From NCBI GenBank assembly GCA_049325335.1, contig JBMOMC010000007.1:362398-426397 (forward strand): 64,000 bases of DNA, read 5' to 3'. The notes under the pieces were generated by a model. The model saw only the letters and a program-made list of their open reading frames with translations, was not told the origin of the DNA and did no database searches. A program made the translations under genes and the position numbers. Numbering within the stretch: position 1 is the stretch's first letter; each line of letters starts with the position of its first letter. This stretch comes from Nitrospirota bacterium. GTDB taxonomy: Bacteria > Nitrospirota > Nitrospiria > 2-01-FULL-66-17. Shown here piece after piece: positions 1-9,137 of this stretch.

Positions 1-419
1 GGCACCACCGGAACGCCGGTGCGCACCGCCAACATCCCCACCCCCGGCTTGGCCTCGCGCAACCGCTCGTCGGGACTGCGCGTGCCCTCCGGATACATCA
101 CGATCAGCCGCCCCGCCGTCAAACGCCGTTGCACGTCGGCGAGCGCCGCTCGATCAACGGTTCCCCGTCGGATCGGCACCCCGCCGAGCCGGCGGAAGAA
201 CCATCCCACTACGGGGTTCCCGAACAACTCGTCTTTCGCCAGAAAATCAGCCCGTCTGGCGAGCGCACATCCCACGATCGGAATGTCCAGGTAACTGACG
301 TGATTGGCGGCGACGATCACCCCGCCTTCGGCCGGGACCCGGTCGCGTCCCACCACCTCCAGCGAGCAACACCACCGCGCGACCCATGACACCAGGGGGT
401 GCGCGACCTCGTACAGCAC
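1..419 (-). CDS. plsC: 1-acyl-sn-glycerol-3-phosphate (lysophospholipid) acyltransferase, 3' end runs off the window
   Basis: Manual translation from GTG 419: MLYEVAHP...ANHVSYLDIP (NHxxxxD motif) and YPEGTRS; follows cmk as is usual. Confidence 0.85.
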   Translation of the reverse strand, partial: MLYEVAHPLVSWVARWCCSLEVVGRDRVPAEGGVIVAANHVSYLDIPIVGCALARRADFLAKDELFGNPVVGWFFRRLGGVPIRRGTVDRAALADVQRRLTAGRLIVMYPEGTRSPDERLREAKPGVGMLAVRTGVPVV

Positions 420-421
420 AC

Positions 422-1108
422 TTACCGCGAAACCGCGGCGCGCCGCCGGTCGACGGCCGCAACCATTGTATCGACCACCTGATCCAAGGTCAAGCCGGTC
501 GAGTCCACGGCGATCGCGTCCTCGGCCTTGCGCAACGGCGCCACCGCGCGGGTCATGTCTTTGCGGTCGCGCGCCACGATCTCGTCGATCGTGGTCTGTA
601 ACTCGACGTCCATGCCCTTGGCGCGCAGCTCCTTGTAACGTCGCTCTCCGCGAACACGCGTGTCCGCGTCCAGATAAAATTTCACGTCCGCGTTCGGAAA
701 CACCACGGTGCCGATGTCGCGGCCTTCCATCACCACGCCGCCGTCTTTGGCCAACGCGCGTTGCAGGCGCAACATGGGATCGCGCACCGAGGGATTGGAC
801 GCGATCTGCGCCGAGACCCGGCTCATCTCCGGCGTGCGCAACTGGTCGGTCACGTCGCGTTGATCCACCAAGATCCTGGCCCCGTCCCCGCGACGGACCA
901 CTTCGATCACGGTGGTCCCGCTGACGCGCTGCAGCGCGGCGTTATCCGTGGGGTCGATCCCCTGTTCGCGCACCTTCCACGCCAACGCACGATAAAACGC
1001 GCCGCTCTCGATATAGAGATACCCCAGCCGTTTGGCCACCCGCGTACCCGCGGTGCTCTTACCCGCGGCCGAGGGACCGTCGATTGCCACGATTAATTCA
1101 CGGGACAT
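422..1108 (-). CDS. cmk: Cytidylate kinase
   Basis: IAIDGPSAAGKST-type P-loop, MEGRDIGTVVFP motif; ATG 1108 overlaps aroA stop (TGATG). Confidence 0.95.
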   Translation of the reverse strand: MSRELIVAIDGPSAAGKSTAGTRVAKRLGYLYIESGAFYRALAWKVREQGIDPTDNAALQRVSGTTVIEVVRRGDGARILVDQRDVTDQLRTPEMSRVSAQIASNPSVRDPMLRLQRALAKDGGVVMEGRDIGTVVFPNADVKFYLDADTRVRGERRYKELRAKGMDVELQTTIDEIVARDRKDMTRAVAPLRKAEDAIAVDSTGLTLDQVVDTMVAAVDRRRAAVSR

Positions 1109-2418
1109 CAGCGCCTCACTCGTTCGATCAGTTCGAAAAACCCGGGGAACGACGTGCCCACGCACTCCACGTCGTCGATCGTGGTCGGCCCGGTCGCGCG
1201 CAGCGCGGCTACGGCCAACGCCATGGCGATGCGGTGATCGCCGTGGCTGGAACAACGCGCCCCGGCCGCGCGTTGCGGACCGACGATCCGCATGCCGGCC
1301 GGCCGCTCCTCAACCCGAATGCCCATTTTCGCCAGTTCTTCCGCCATCACGCGGATCCGATCGCTCTCTTTGACCCGCAACTCGCCCGCGTCGTCGATGA
1401 TCGTTTCCCCCTCGGCGAACGCGGCCAACACGCAGAGGATCGGAAACTCGTCGATTGCGCGCGGCACCAACGAGCCCTTGATCGTGGCACCGCGCAGCCG
1501 CGTGGTCCGCACGGTCAGCGACGCGGTGGGTTCGCCGGAGACCTCGCGGGCGTTGCCGAGTTTCACCGACGCGCCCATGCTCGCGAGTACGTCGAGCAAT
1601 CCGGTGCGCGTGGGGTTCACGCCCACGCGACCGATTTCCAACTCGGACCCGGGCACCAACAACGCCGCCGCGATCAAAAACGCGGCGGACGAAATGTCGC
1701 CCGGCACGTCGACGGTGGCGCCGGTCAGATTCACCGGTCCGGTCACTGCCACCGCGCCTCCGTCGATCGAGACGGGCACACCGAACGCGCGCAACATGCG
1801 TTCGGTATGGTCGCGCGACGCGGACGGCTCGTACACCGCGGTGCGTCCCTCGGCCCCGAGCCCCGCGAGCAGGATCGCGGACTTGACCTGCGCGCTGGCC
1901 ACCGGTAAGCGAAACTCTCCGGCCTTGAGCCGACGGCCCGCCACGGTCAGCGGCGCCAGCCGGCCGTCCTCGCGCCCCACGATCATCGCGCCCATCGCGC
2001 GCAGCGGCTCCACCACCCGGGCCATGGGCCGCCGCCGCAACGACGCGTCGCCCGTCAAGACCGTGCACATCGGAAGCCCGGCGACCAACCCGGTCAGCAG
2101 CCGGATACTGGTTCCCGAGTTCCCGCAATCGATCACGTCCTCGGGTTCCCTCAGCGCGGCGGGGCCCGCCGCGATCCGCAGCGCGGGGCGATCGTCGGAA
2201 TCCACGGTGTCGATGACGCGACCCAACGCCCGCATCGCGGCCACGGTGCGCAGACAATCGTCCGCCGGCAGATACCCGCGAATCAGGGTTTCCCCGCGCG
2301 CCAGGCCGCCCAACATGATCGCCCGGTGCGTGATCGATTTGTCCCCCGGAACCTCGATCCGCCCCTGCAAGGCCCCGCCGGGCTTGACCACCGCGGCCTT
2401 GGCCGCCGCGGTCTTCAC
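1108..2418 (-). CDS. aroA: 3-phosphoshikimate 1-carboxyvinyltransferase (EPSP synthase)
   Basis: PGDKSITHR, DCGNSGT, SAQVKSA, RVKESDR, GDHRIAM motifs; GTG 2418 overlaps tyrA stop. Confidence 0.96.
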   Translation of the reverse strand: MKTAAAKAAVVKPGGALQGRIEVPGDKSITHRAIMLGGLARGETLIRGYLPADDCLRTVAAMRALGRVIDTVDSDDRPALRIAAGPAALREPEDVIDCGNSGTSIRLLTGLVAGLPMCTVLTGDASLRRRPMARVVEPLRAMGAMIVGREDGRLAPLTVAGRRLKAGEFRLPVASAQVKSAILLAGLGAEGRTAVYEPSASRDHTERMLRAFGVPVSIDGGAVAVTGPVNLTGATVDVPGDISSAAFLIAAALLVPGSELEIGRVGVNPTRTGLLDVLASMGASVKLGNAREVSGEPTASLTVRTTRLRGATIKGSLVPRAIDEFPILCVLAAFAEGETIIDDAGELRVKESDRIRVMAEELAKMGIRVEERPAGMRIVGPQRAAGARCSSHGDHRIAMALAVAALRATGPTTIDDVECVGTSFPGFFELIERVRR

Positions 2419-3278
2419 GCCTCGCCCTCCGGCATGCGATCGCGCGCCGCGCGCGCGCGCGACAACGCGTCCAGCAACGCGCCGCCGTCGCCGCGCTCGA
2501 TCGCGTCGCGCACTGATTCCACTTCCTTCAGATACGCCTTCAACGTCGCCAACACCGGCTCCCGGTTCATCAGGCAGATATCGCGCCACAGGTCGGGAGC
2601 CCCGCTCGCGATCCGCGTGGTATCGCGAAACCCGCCTGCCGCGAGCGCCAAAGCGCGCCCGTCCGCCGCGGCGGCCGCGGCGTTGACCAACGCGGCCGCC
2701 GCCACGTGCGGCACGTGGCTCACCGCGGCGACCAGTTCATCGTGCGCCGCGGGAGAGAGCCGCACCATCGACGCGCCCACGCCTGCCCACAGTCCTTCAA
2801 CCACGTCGAGAGCGCGCGCGTCCGTACGCGGCGTGGGCGTGAGCACGCATTGCGCGCCGTCGAATAGGTCGGCCGAGGCCGCGTCCACTCCGGAGCGCTC
2901 GCTCCCCGCCATGGGATGCCCGCCCACGAACCGAGAAAAGAGAGGTTCCAACCGCTCCACCACCCGGCTTTTCACGCTCCCCACGTCGGTCACGACCGTC
3001 GAATCCGCCGCGAACGGCGCGACCTCGCGGGCAACGGCTTCGATCCGCCCCACCGGGACCGCCAATACCGCCACGTCCGCCCCGCGCACCCCGTCGGCCA
3101 TGGTCGCCATCGCGTGCACGACCCCGCGATCCACCGCGCGCCGACTCGACGCGGGGTCGATCTCCACGCCGATCACCTCGCGCGCCAAGCCGCGCTGTTT
3201 AGCAGCCCAAGCAAACGACCCGCCGATCAGGCCGACCCCGATCACGGTGAGGCGGCCAATCCGCGCCGGACGCGAAAT
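2415..3278 (-). CDS. tyrA: Prephenate/arogenate dehydrogenase (start uncertain: GTG 3245 or ATT 3260/3278)
   Basis: GVGLIGGS Rossmann motif, DVGSVK, GGHPMAGSE, SHVPH, GGFRDTTRIA. Confidence 0.93.
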   Translation of the reverse strand: MSRPARIGRLTVIGVGLIGGSFAWAAKQRGLAREVIGVEIDPASSRRAVDRGVVHAMATMADGVRGADVAVLAVPVGRIEAVAREVAPFAADSTVVTDVGSVKSRVVERLEPLFSRFVGGHPMAGSERSGVDAASADLFDGAQCVLTPTPRTDARALDVVEGLWAGVGASMVRLSPAAHDELVAAVSHVPHVAAAALVNAAAAAADGRALALAAGGFRDTTRIASGAPDLWRDICLMNREPVLATLKAYLKEVESVRDAIERGDGGALLDALSRARAARDRMPEGEA

Positions 3279-3279
3279 C

Positions 3280-4296
3280 TCAGATCTCCCGGCCTACGGC
3301 CTGTGCCACCTTGCGCAACTCGTCCATCACCGTGGTGAACTTCGCCGGGGTCAACGACTCTTCGCCGTCGCACAGCGCCTCCTCGGGATTGGTGTGAACC
3401 TCGATCAACAACCCGTCGCATCCCACGGCCACCGCGGCGCGCGCCAACGGCGCGACCAAATCCCATCGCCCGGTGGCGTGGCTCGGGTCCACCACCACCG
3501 GCAAGTGCGACAACTTCTGGATCAGCGGCACCGCCGAGAGGTCGAGCGTGTTGCGCGTCTGGGTTTCGAACGTCCTGATCCCGCGTTCGCACAACATGAG
3601 GTTGTGGTTACCCCCCGCCATGATGTACTCCGCGGACAATAAAAATTCCTTGATGGTGGCGGAGAGGCCGCGTTTGAGCAACACCGGCTTGCGTTGTTTG
3701 CCGATCTCGGTGAGCAGGCGGAAATTCTGCATGTTGCGCGCGCCGATCTGGAGCACGTCCGCGTACTGCGCCACCAATTCGATGTCGCGCGGGTCCACGA
3801 CCTCGGTGATGATGGGCAAGCCCGTGACCTTCTTGGCCTCGGCCAGGTACTGCAACCCCTCCTCGGCCAATCCCTGGAACGCGTAGGGAGAGGTGCGCGG
3901 CTTAAACGCCCCACCACGCAACACCCGCGCGCCCGCGCCCTTCACGGCCTTGGCCACGTCGGTGACCTGCGCCTTGGTTTCCACCGCGCACGGCCCGGCC
4001 ATGACCGGCACCGTTTTCCCGCCGATCGTCACGCCGTCGCCCACCGTGACCACCGTGGTGTCCTTACGGAACTCACGGCTCACGAGTTTGTACGGCGAGA
4101 GGATCGGCGTGACGCTCTCCACCCCGGGGAATACCGCCAACGGCACGTTCTGCATGGTCCGCTCGTCGCCGATGACGCCGATCACGCTCCGCTCTTGCCC
4201 TTTGGACAGGTGCGGCGAGAGCCCGCGCTCGCGGATCTTCTCCATAATGTGATCGACTTGCGCCTGGGTAGCATCCGGTTTCAGTACGATGATCAT
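3280..4296 (-). CDS. aroF: 3-deoxy-7-phosphoheptulonate (DAHP) synthase, type I-beta with N-terminal regulatory domain
   Basis: [42 protein letters not shown]. Confidence 0.95.
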   Translation of the reverse strand: MIIVLKPDATQAQVDHIMEKIRERGLSPHLSKGQERSVIGVIGDERTMQNVPLAVFPGVESVTPILSPYKLVSREFRKDTTVVTVGDGVTIGGKTVPVMAGPCAVETKAQVTDVAKAVKGAGARVLRGGAFKPRTSPYAFQGLAEEGLQYLAEAKKVTGLPIITEVVDPRDIELVAQYADVLQIGARNMQNFRLLTEIGKQRKPVLLKRGLSATIKEFLLSAEYIMAGGNHNLMLCERGIRTFETQTRNTLDLSAVPLIQKLSHLPVVVDPSHATGRWDLVAPLARAAVAVGCDGLLIEVHTNPEEALCDGEESLTPAKFTTVMDELRKVAQAVGREI

Positions 4297-4323
4297 CGGT
4301 CGAACTCCTGTTGAACAATACGA

Positions 4324-4416
4324 GCCGGGGAGTCGGCGAACCGGCGAACCGGCGACAAGGATTGTTTCACCTCGCAGCCCTTCTCACCCCTTCTCCCCCT
4401 CACCCCTTCCCCCCCT
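4324..4416. repeat. Bipartite 8-mer tandem repeat element (CCGGCGAA-type arm + spacer + CCCCTTCT/CCCCCTCA-type arm)
   Basis: Reads CCGGGGAG TCGGCGAA CCGGCGAA CCGGCGAC ... CCCCTTCT CCCCCTCA CCCCTTCC; overlaps hisC stop. Confidence 0.7.
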
Positions 4417-5509
4417 CGTCCGTTAGCACCTTTTCCAGCGCCGCCATGCAGCGCGTATTTTCCTCCGGCAGTCCGATGGTGATCCGCAGCCACCGCCCGT
4501 CGAAGTGCCGCACGATCACGCCCTCGCGCAACAGCCGTTCGAACAGGGCGCGCGCGTCGCGGCCCACGTCGATGTAGAGAAAATTGGCTTCGCTCGGGAG
4601 CACCGCGAGACCAAGACGCGCGCACTCTTTCGTGAAATACGTCTTGCCCGCCGCGTTGACCATCCGACTCGCGCGCACATGCGCGTCGTCTCCCAACGCG
4701 GCGAGCGCCGCGGCTTGCGCCACGGTGCTCGCATTAAACGGCAATCGGATGCGGTTCATCCAATCCACGAGCTCGGCCGGTCCCACGCCGTACCCGATGC
4801 GCAGCCCCGCGAGACCGTAGATTTTGGAGAACGTCCGGAGGATCACCACCCGGCGCCCCTCCTCCATCACCCCGCCCCAGAACGGGAAATCCGCGGACGT
4901 GACGTAATCTTCATACGCGTGATCACAGACCGCCACCACGTGCGGGGGCAGCCGGTCGATCGCGTCGAGTACCTCGCGTCGCGAGAGCGCGGTGCCGGTC
5001 GGGCTGTTGGGATTGCAGATGAAGAACAGCTTGGTCCGGTCGGTCACGCGAGCCAACATGGCGGCCAGGTCGTGGCGGCCGGCCGTCAACGGCACTTCCA
5101 CGGGCGTGCCTTGGTGCGACAACACTGCGATCCGGTACACGCCGAACGTGGGCGCGGCCATCACCGCCTCGTCCCCGGGCGCGAGCAACACGTTGCACAG
5201 CAACGCGACCACTTCGTCCGACCCGTTGCCCAAGATCACTTGGTCCGGCCCCACCCCGAATTTCGAGGCAAGAGCCTCTCGCAATACCACGCCGGCGCCG
5301 TCCGGATAGCGGTGTACCCCCTCCAACACTTCCCGCACGGCCTTGAGCGCGGCGGGCGAAGGCCCCAACGGGTTTTCATTCGACGCGAGCTTGATCGCGT
5401 GCGAGACCCCATATTCGCGCTCCACCTCGGCCACGGGTTTGCCGGGCACGTAGGGCGCGATGCGGGAGAGTTCCGGGCGGACGCGAAACGACATGGCCGA
5501 TCGACTCAC
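4400..5509 (-). CDS. hisC: Histidinol-phosphate / aromatic aminotransferase
   Basis: KLASNENPLG, GNGSDE, NPNSPTG, RTFSKIYGLAGLRIG (PLP lysine). Confidence 0.95.
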   Translation of the reverse strand: MSRSAMSFRVRPELSRIAPYVPGKPVAEVEREYGVSHAIKLASNENPLGPSPAALKAVREVLEGVHRYPDGAGVVLREALASKFGVGPDQVILGNGSDEVVALLCNVLLAPGDEAVMAAPTFGVYRIAVLSHQGTPVEVPLTAGRHDLAAMLARVTDRTKLFFICNPNSPTGTALSRREVLDAIDRLPPHVVAVCDHAYEDYVTSADFPFWGGVMEEGRRVVILRTFSKIYGLAGLRIGYGVGPAELVDWMNRIRLPFNASTVAQAAALAALGDDAHVRASRMVNAAGKTYFTKECARLGLAVLPSEANFLYIDVGRDARALFERLLREGVIVRHFDGRWLRITIGLPEENTRCMAALEKVLTDEGGKG

Positions 5510-6576
5510 GCGGTTCGAGGGTATGACCCGAGGACTTTGAGCACTTGACAGCGCGGACGGAGCGCGTCCAACGCCTTCTTGACCGGTTCGTCGTCCACGT
5601 GCCCTTCAACGTCGATGTAAAAGAAATACTCCCACGCCTTGCGGCGCGACGGCCGCGACTCGATTTTGGTCAGACTGAGTCCGAACTCCGCAAAGGGTTT
5701 GAGCATGTCGTAGAGCGCGCCCACCCGGTCCTGGACCGACACCATGATCGACGTCTTGTCCCGGCCGGTCCGCTCGGGCGAACGCGGCGCGATCAACAGA
5801 AACCGGGTCGTGTTGTTCGGATTGTCCTCGATCCGCTTCTGGATCACGGACAACCCATACAACCGGGCCGCCACCTCGGACGCGATCGCAGCGGCATCAG
5901 GCTCGTCACGGCACATTTCCGCGGCGCGCGCCGTGCTGGAGACCTCCACGACCGGAATATTCGGCACGTGTTGGGCCAGCCACCCTCGGCACTGGCCGAT
6001 GGGCTGGGGATGCGAGTAGATGCGTTTGACGTCCTCGATCGCGCCCGAACGCGACAGGAGGTAGTGCGAAATTTCCTGGACGATCTCCCCCGCGATCTTG
6101 AGCTGCGACTCCGCGAGCAGGTCCAACGTGTGGGTGACCACGCCCTCGGTGGAGTTCTCGATCGGCACCACCCCGTAGTCCGCGCGCCCGCGCTCCACCT
6201 CGTTGAAGACGTCTTTGATGGTGTTGACCGCGATCGCGGCCGCCGACGCGCCGAACTGCTTGAGACACGCCACGTGCGTAAACGTGCCGGGCGGGCCGAA
6301 ATACGCCACTTTCAAGGGTTGTTCGAGCGCCAGCGACGCGGACATGATTTCCCGAAACACCGCGCGCATGCCGTCGTTGGGAAAGGGCCCGGGGTTCTCC
6401 CGCTCCAGGCGTTCGAGAATCTCCTGCTCTCGGCGCGGCGCATGCACCTGCGCCTGGTGCTCACGTTTGATCCGGCCGACCTCGGTGACGATCTCCGCGC
6501 GACGGTTCAGGAGACCGAGAATCGTATCATCGATCTCGTCGATCCGGGTACGCAGCGATTGTAGGCTCTTCTCCAC
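5506..6576 (-). CDS. pheA: Bifunctional chorismate mutase / prephenate dehydratase
   Basis: LRTRIDEID chorismate mutase domain, PIENSTEG, NTTRF, ESRP ACT domain. Confidence 0.96.
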   Translation of the reverse strand: MEKSLQSLRTRIDEIDDTILGLLNRRAEIVTEVGRIKREHQAQVHAPRREQEILERLERENPGPFPNDGMRAVFREIMSASLALEQPLKVAYFGPPGTFTHVACLKQFGASAAAIAVNTIKDVFNEVERGRADYGVVPIENSTEGVVTHTLDLLAESQLKIAGEIVQEISHYLLSRSGAIEDVKRIYSHPQPIGQCRGWLAQHVPNIPVVEVSSTARAAEMCRDEPDAAAIASEVAARLYGLSVIQKRIEDNPNNTTRFLLIAPRSPERTGRDKTSIMVSVQDRVGALYDMLKPFAEFGLSLTKIESRPSRRKAWEYFFYIDVEGHVDDEPVKKALDALRPRCQVLKVLGSYPRTA

Positions 6577-6636
6577 GATAATCGTGTCTCCGGCCCTACG
6601 CGCCTTGCCCTACGAGCGCCGGTGAAAGGTGTCACA

Positions 6637-6665
6637 TCATAAAGTATTTCAAGGGGTTTTGCAAT
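6637..6665 (-). promoter_or_regulatory. Sigma70-type promoter for the pheA operon
   Basis: Minus strand TTGCAA-N17-TATGAT upstream of pheA. Confidence 0.55.
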
Positions 6666-6729
6666 GCGCCGAGGGGTCCGAGGGTCCTCGGATCGATGTC
6701 GCCGCAGCGTCTCCGGCGTATGTCCCGTT

Positions 6730-6765
6730 AAAAAAAGAACGGGCGGGAGATGATCCCGCCCGTTC
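6730..6765 (-). terminator. Rho-independent terminator after smbP
   Basis: GAACGGGCGGGA-tcatc-TCCCGCCCGTTC followed by T7. Confidence 0.85.
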
Positions 6766-6785
6766 CAGACAACGAACAGAACCCG

Positions 6786-7139
6786 TTATTTCACTTCGCT
6801 CAAATGTTTGACCGCTTCTTCGGCATGTTTGGTGGCCACGTCCGCGTGTCCGGCTTTGCCGTGAGACACGGCGTTCTCCAGTTCCTTCACCGCGCCGGCC
6901 ATGTGCATGTCCTTTGCGTGCGCCTGCGCACTCTTGGCGTGTTTTAACGCGCCTTCCGCATGTTCGACCAACACGTCGGCATGTCCGGCCTTGCCGTGCT
7001 CAACGGCTTCTTTGGCGTGAGTCAAGGCTTCCGCCACGTGTTCATCCCCCGCCAGCGCGACCGACTGGAACACCGGCGCGCCGACCAGACCGAGCACCGC
7101 GCCCAATACCAGCCCACCCAGAACCATCCGCCTCGCCAT
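6786..7139 (-). CDS. smbP: Small periplasmic metal-binding protein, SmbP family
   Basis: Signal peptide, then His-heptad repeats (HVAEALTHAKEAVEHGKAGHADVLVEHAEGALKH); AGGAGG RBS before ATG 7139. Confidence 0.85.
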   Translation of the reverse strand: MARRMVLGGLVLGAVLGLVGAPVFQSVALAGDEHVAEALTHAKEAVEHGKAGHADVLVEHAEGALKHAKSAQAHAKDMHMAGAVKELENAVSHGKAGHADVATKHAEEAVKHLSEVK

Positions 7140-7292
7140 GTACCAACCTCCTGTTGTGAGACCGTCCATCACACCGTTCGCACCCGCGGTGCGACCCCAT
7201 CCGCCGTCGGCGCGAGAGTACGCCGACGGTATCCACGGTGTCAAGCTTGGCATGAGACGCGCGGGCCAACCCACCCCGCGAGCCCCCCAACC

Positions 7293-9137
7293 CTACCGGC
7301 GACGGGACATCCCTCGCCCGGCACCTCGGCCCCGCGCGCGCGGGGCCAGCGCGGTTTCGGCCAGGGTTTCCGCTTCATCCACCCACGATTCGAGCACCGC
7401 GATCCCGCCGTCCCAGAACCCGGGCGCGCCCAAGTCAATGCCCAGCGGCGCCAACAACCGTTCCGGCGCGTCCGACCCGCCCGCGGACAACAACGCGAGA
7501 TACTTGGGAACAAAACCTTGTCCCTCGTCGAGATATCGTCGGTAGAGCGCAAACACCAGGAGCGCCCCGAACGCGTACGCGTAGCAGTAAAACGGCGTGT
7601 GCACGAAGTGGGGGATGTAGCTCCACCAGCGCGCGTAGTCCGCGGTCAGGGTCACGCTGTCGCCGAACATCGCGCGGTTGGCGTCCACCCACATCACATT
7701 GATCCGCTCGATCGGAAGTTCGTCTTCGCGCCGACGCGCGTCGTGAAACGCCTGCTCGAACCGCGTGAGCACGACTTGGCGAAACACGGTCGAACACGAC
7801 TCCTCGATCTTCCCGCAAATCAGGGCGAGCGCCCGCCGCGGGTCCCGCTCCGCGTCCTTGAGCGCGCAAAAGACCAACATCTCGCCGAACACCGACGCGG
7901 TCTCCGCCATAGTCAGCGGCGTGTCGGCCTGTAAACAACCCTGCGCGCGCGAGCGGTATTGGTGCACGCCGTGCCCCAGTTCGTGCGCGAGCGTCATGAC
8001 GTCGCGCGAGGTACCGGTGTAGTTCATCAACACGTAGGGATGCGCGGACGGCACCGCGCCGTGGGAAAACGCGCCGCCCCGCTTGCCGGGCCGGATCGCG
8101 GCGTCGATCCAGCGGTCCTCGAAAAAGCGCGAGGCGATCTCGGCCATGTCGGGCGAAAACGCGCCGAACGCGTCGAGCACGGTCCGGCGGGCCTGGCCCC
8201 ACGGAATCGAGCGGTCCTTGGCCGCCAACGGCGCGTAGCGGTCGTAGTCGTACAAACGCTCCACCCCGAGCAGGCGCCGCTTCAGCCGGTAATACCGCTG
8301 CACCAGTGGATACCCGCGTTCCACGGCCGCGAGCAGCGCGTCCACCGCGGGCTGTTCGATCTCATTGGCGAGGTTACGGGAGGCCATGGGCGCGGGAAGT
8401 TTGCGCAACCGGTCCGTGTCCGCCTGATCCGCGGCGATGACGTTGAACACGTAGGTCAACACGTGCGCGTGCGCGTCGAGCCCAGCGGTGAGTCCGCGCG
8501 CTGCGGCCTTGCGCGCCGCGCGATTCGGCGCGTGCAGCCGCGCCAACGTCTCCTGTTCGCTCAACCGTTCCCGCTTGCGGCCGAGGACCACGTCGAATCG
8601 CGCGCGGCTCAACACTTCATCGAACAGCCGCTGAAACGCGTGCGCACCGGTGTTGGCCTTGGTTTCCAGGACCACTTCTTCGGGCTCCGACAGCCGATAC
8701 GGCCCCAAGCGCCGCTCGACTTCGAGATAATGCCGATACCGGGCCAGTTCAGGCGACGCCATGTAGTCCTTGGCCCTGGCCTCCGGCACCGCGCTCCACT
8801 CCAACTCAAAAAACGTGAGGCGCTGGCGCAGCGCAGTGCCCTGCTCCTGCGACTTTTGATACAAGGCGCCGTGGCGCGGCGCGGACATGTCCGCGCTGAA
8901 GAGCAACGACGCGTACGTGCCGACCTTGCGGAGCCGCTCGTACAGGGCTTCGAGCTGCGCCACGGCCGCGGCCAGCTCCGCCGGGGACAGGGTCCCCGGC
9001 GCCACGCGGCCGCGATAGCGGCGCTGGAACGCCTCGGCCTGGGCCAATGTCTCCTCCACGTCACGAGTCAGCGCCGGGTCATCCGGCCCCGCATACAGAT
9101 CAGCCAAACTCCACGACGGCGCGTCAATGCGTGTCAC
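7293..9137 (-). CDS. pepF: M3 family oligoendopeptidase F
   Basis: W.L.DLY N-terminus, GKRGGAF, TLAHELGH zinc motif, AETAS, HF...FYCYAY. Confidence 0.92.
   Translation of the reverse strand: MTRIDAPSWSLADLYAGPDDPALTRDVEETLAQAEAFQRRYRGRVAPGTLSPAELAAAVAQLEALYERLRKVGTYASLLFSADMSAPRHGALYQKSQEQGTALRQRLTFFELEWSAVPEARAKDYMASPELARYRHYLEVERRLGPYRLSEPEEVVLETKANTGAHAFQRLFDEVLSRARFDVVLGRKRERLSEQETLARLHAPNRAARKAAARGLTAGLDAHAHVLTYVFNVIAADQADTDRLRKLPAPMASRNLANEIEQPAVDALLAAVERGYPLVQRYYRLKRRLLGVERLYDYDRYAPLAAKDRSIPWGQARRTVLDAFGAFSPDMAEIASRFFEDRWIDAAIRPGKRGGAFSHGAVPSAHPYVLMNYTGTSRDVMTLAHELGHGVHQYRSRAQGCLQADTPLTMAETASVFGEMLVFCALKDAERDPRRALALICGKIEESCSTVFRQVVLTRFEQAFHDARRREDELPIERINVMWVDANRAMFGDSVTLTADYARWWSYIPHFVHTPFYCYAYAFGALLVFALYRRYLDEGQGFVPKYLALLSAGGSDAPERLLAPLGIDLGAPGFWDGGIAVLESWVDEAETLAETALAPRARGRGAGRGMSRRR

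Noticed and set aside
1292..2686. Long antisense and alternate-frame ORFs (also 26914-28758, 49147-50913, 58335-60680 and many others)
   Set aside because: They shadow well-supported genes; typical high-GC artefacts with no recognisable motifs
7248..7262. Sigma54-like TGGCATGAGACGCGC on the plus strand
   Set aside because: Lacks the TTGC -12 element and points antisense into pepF
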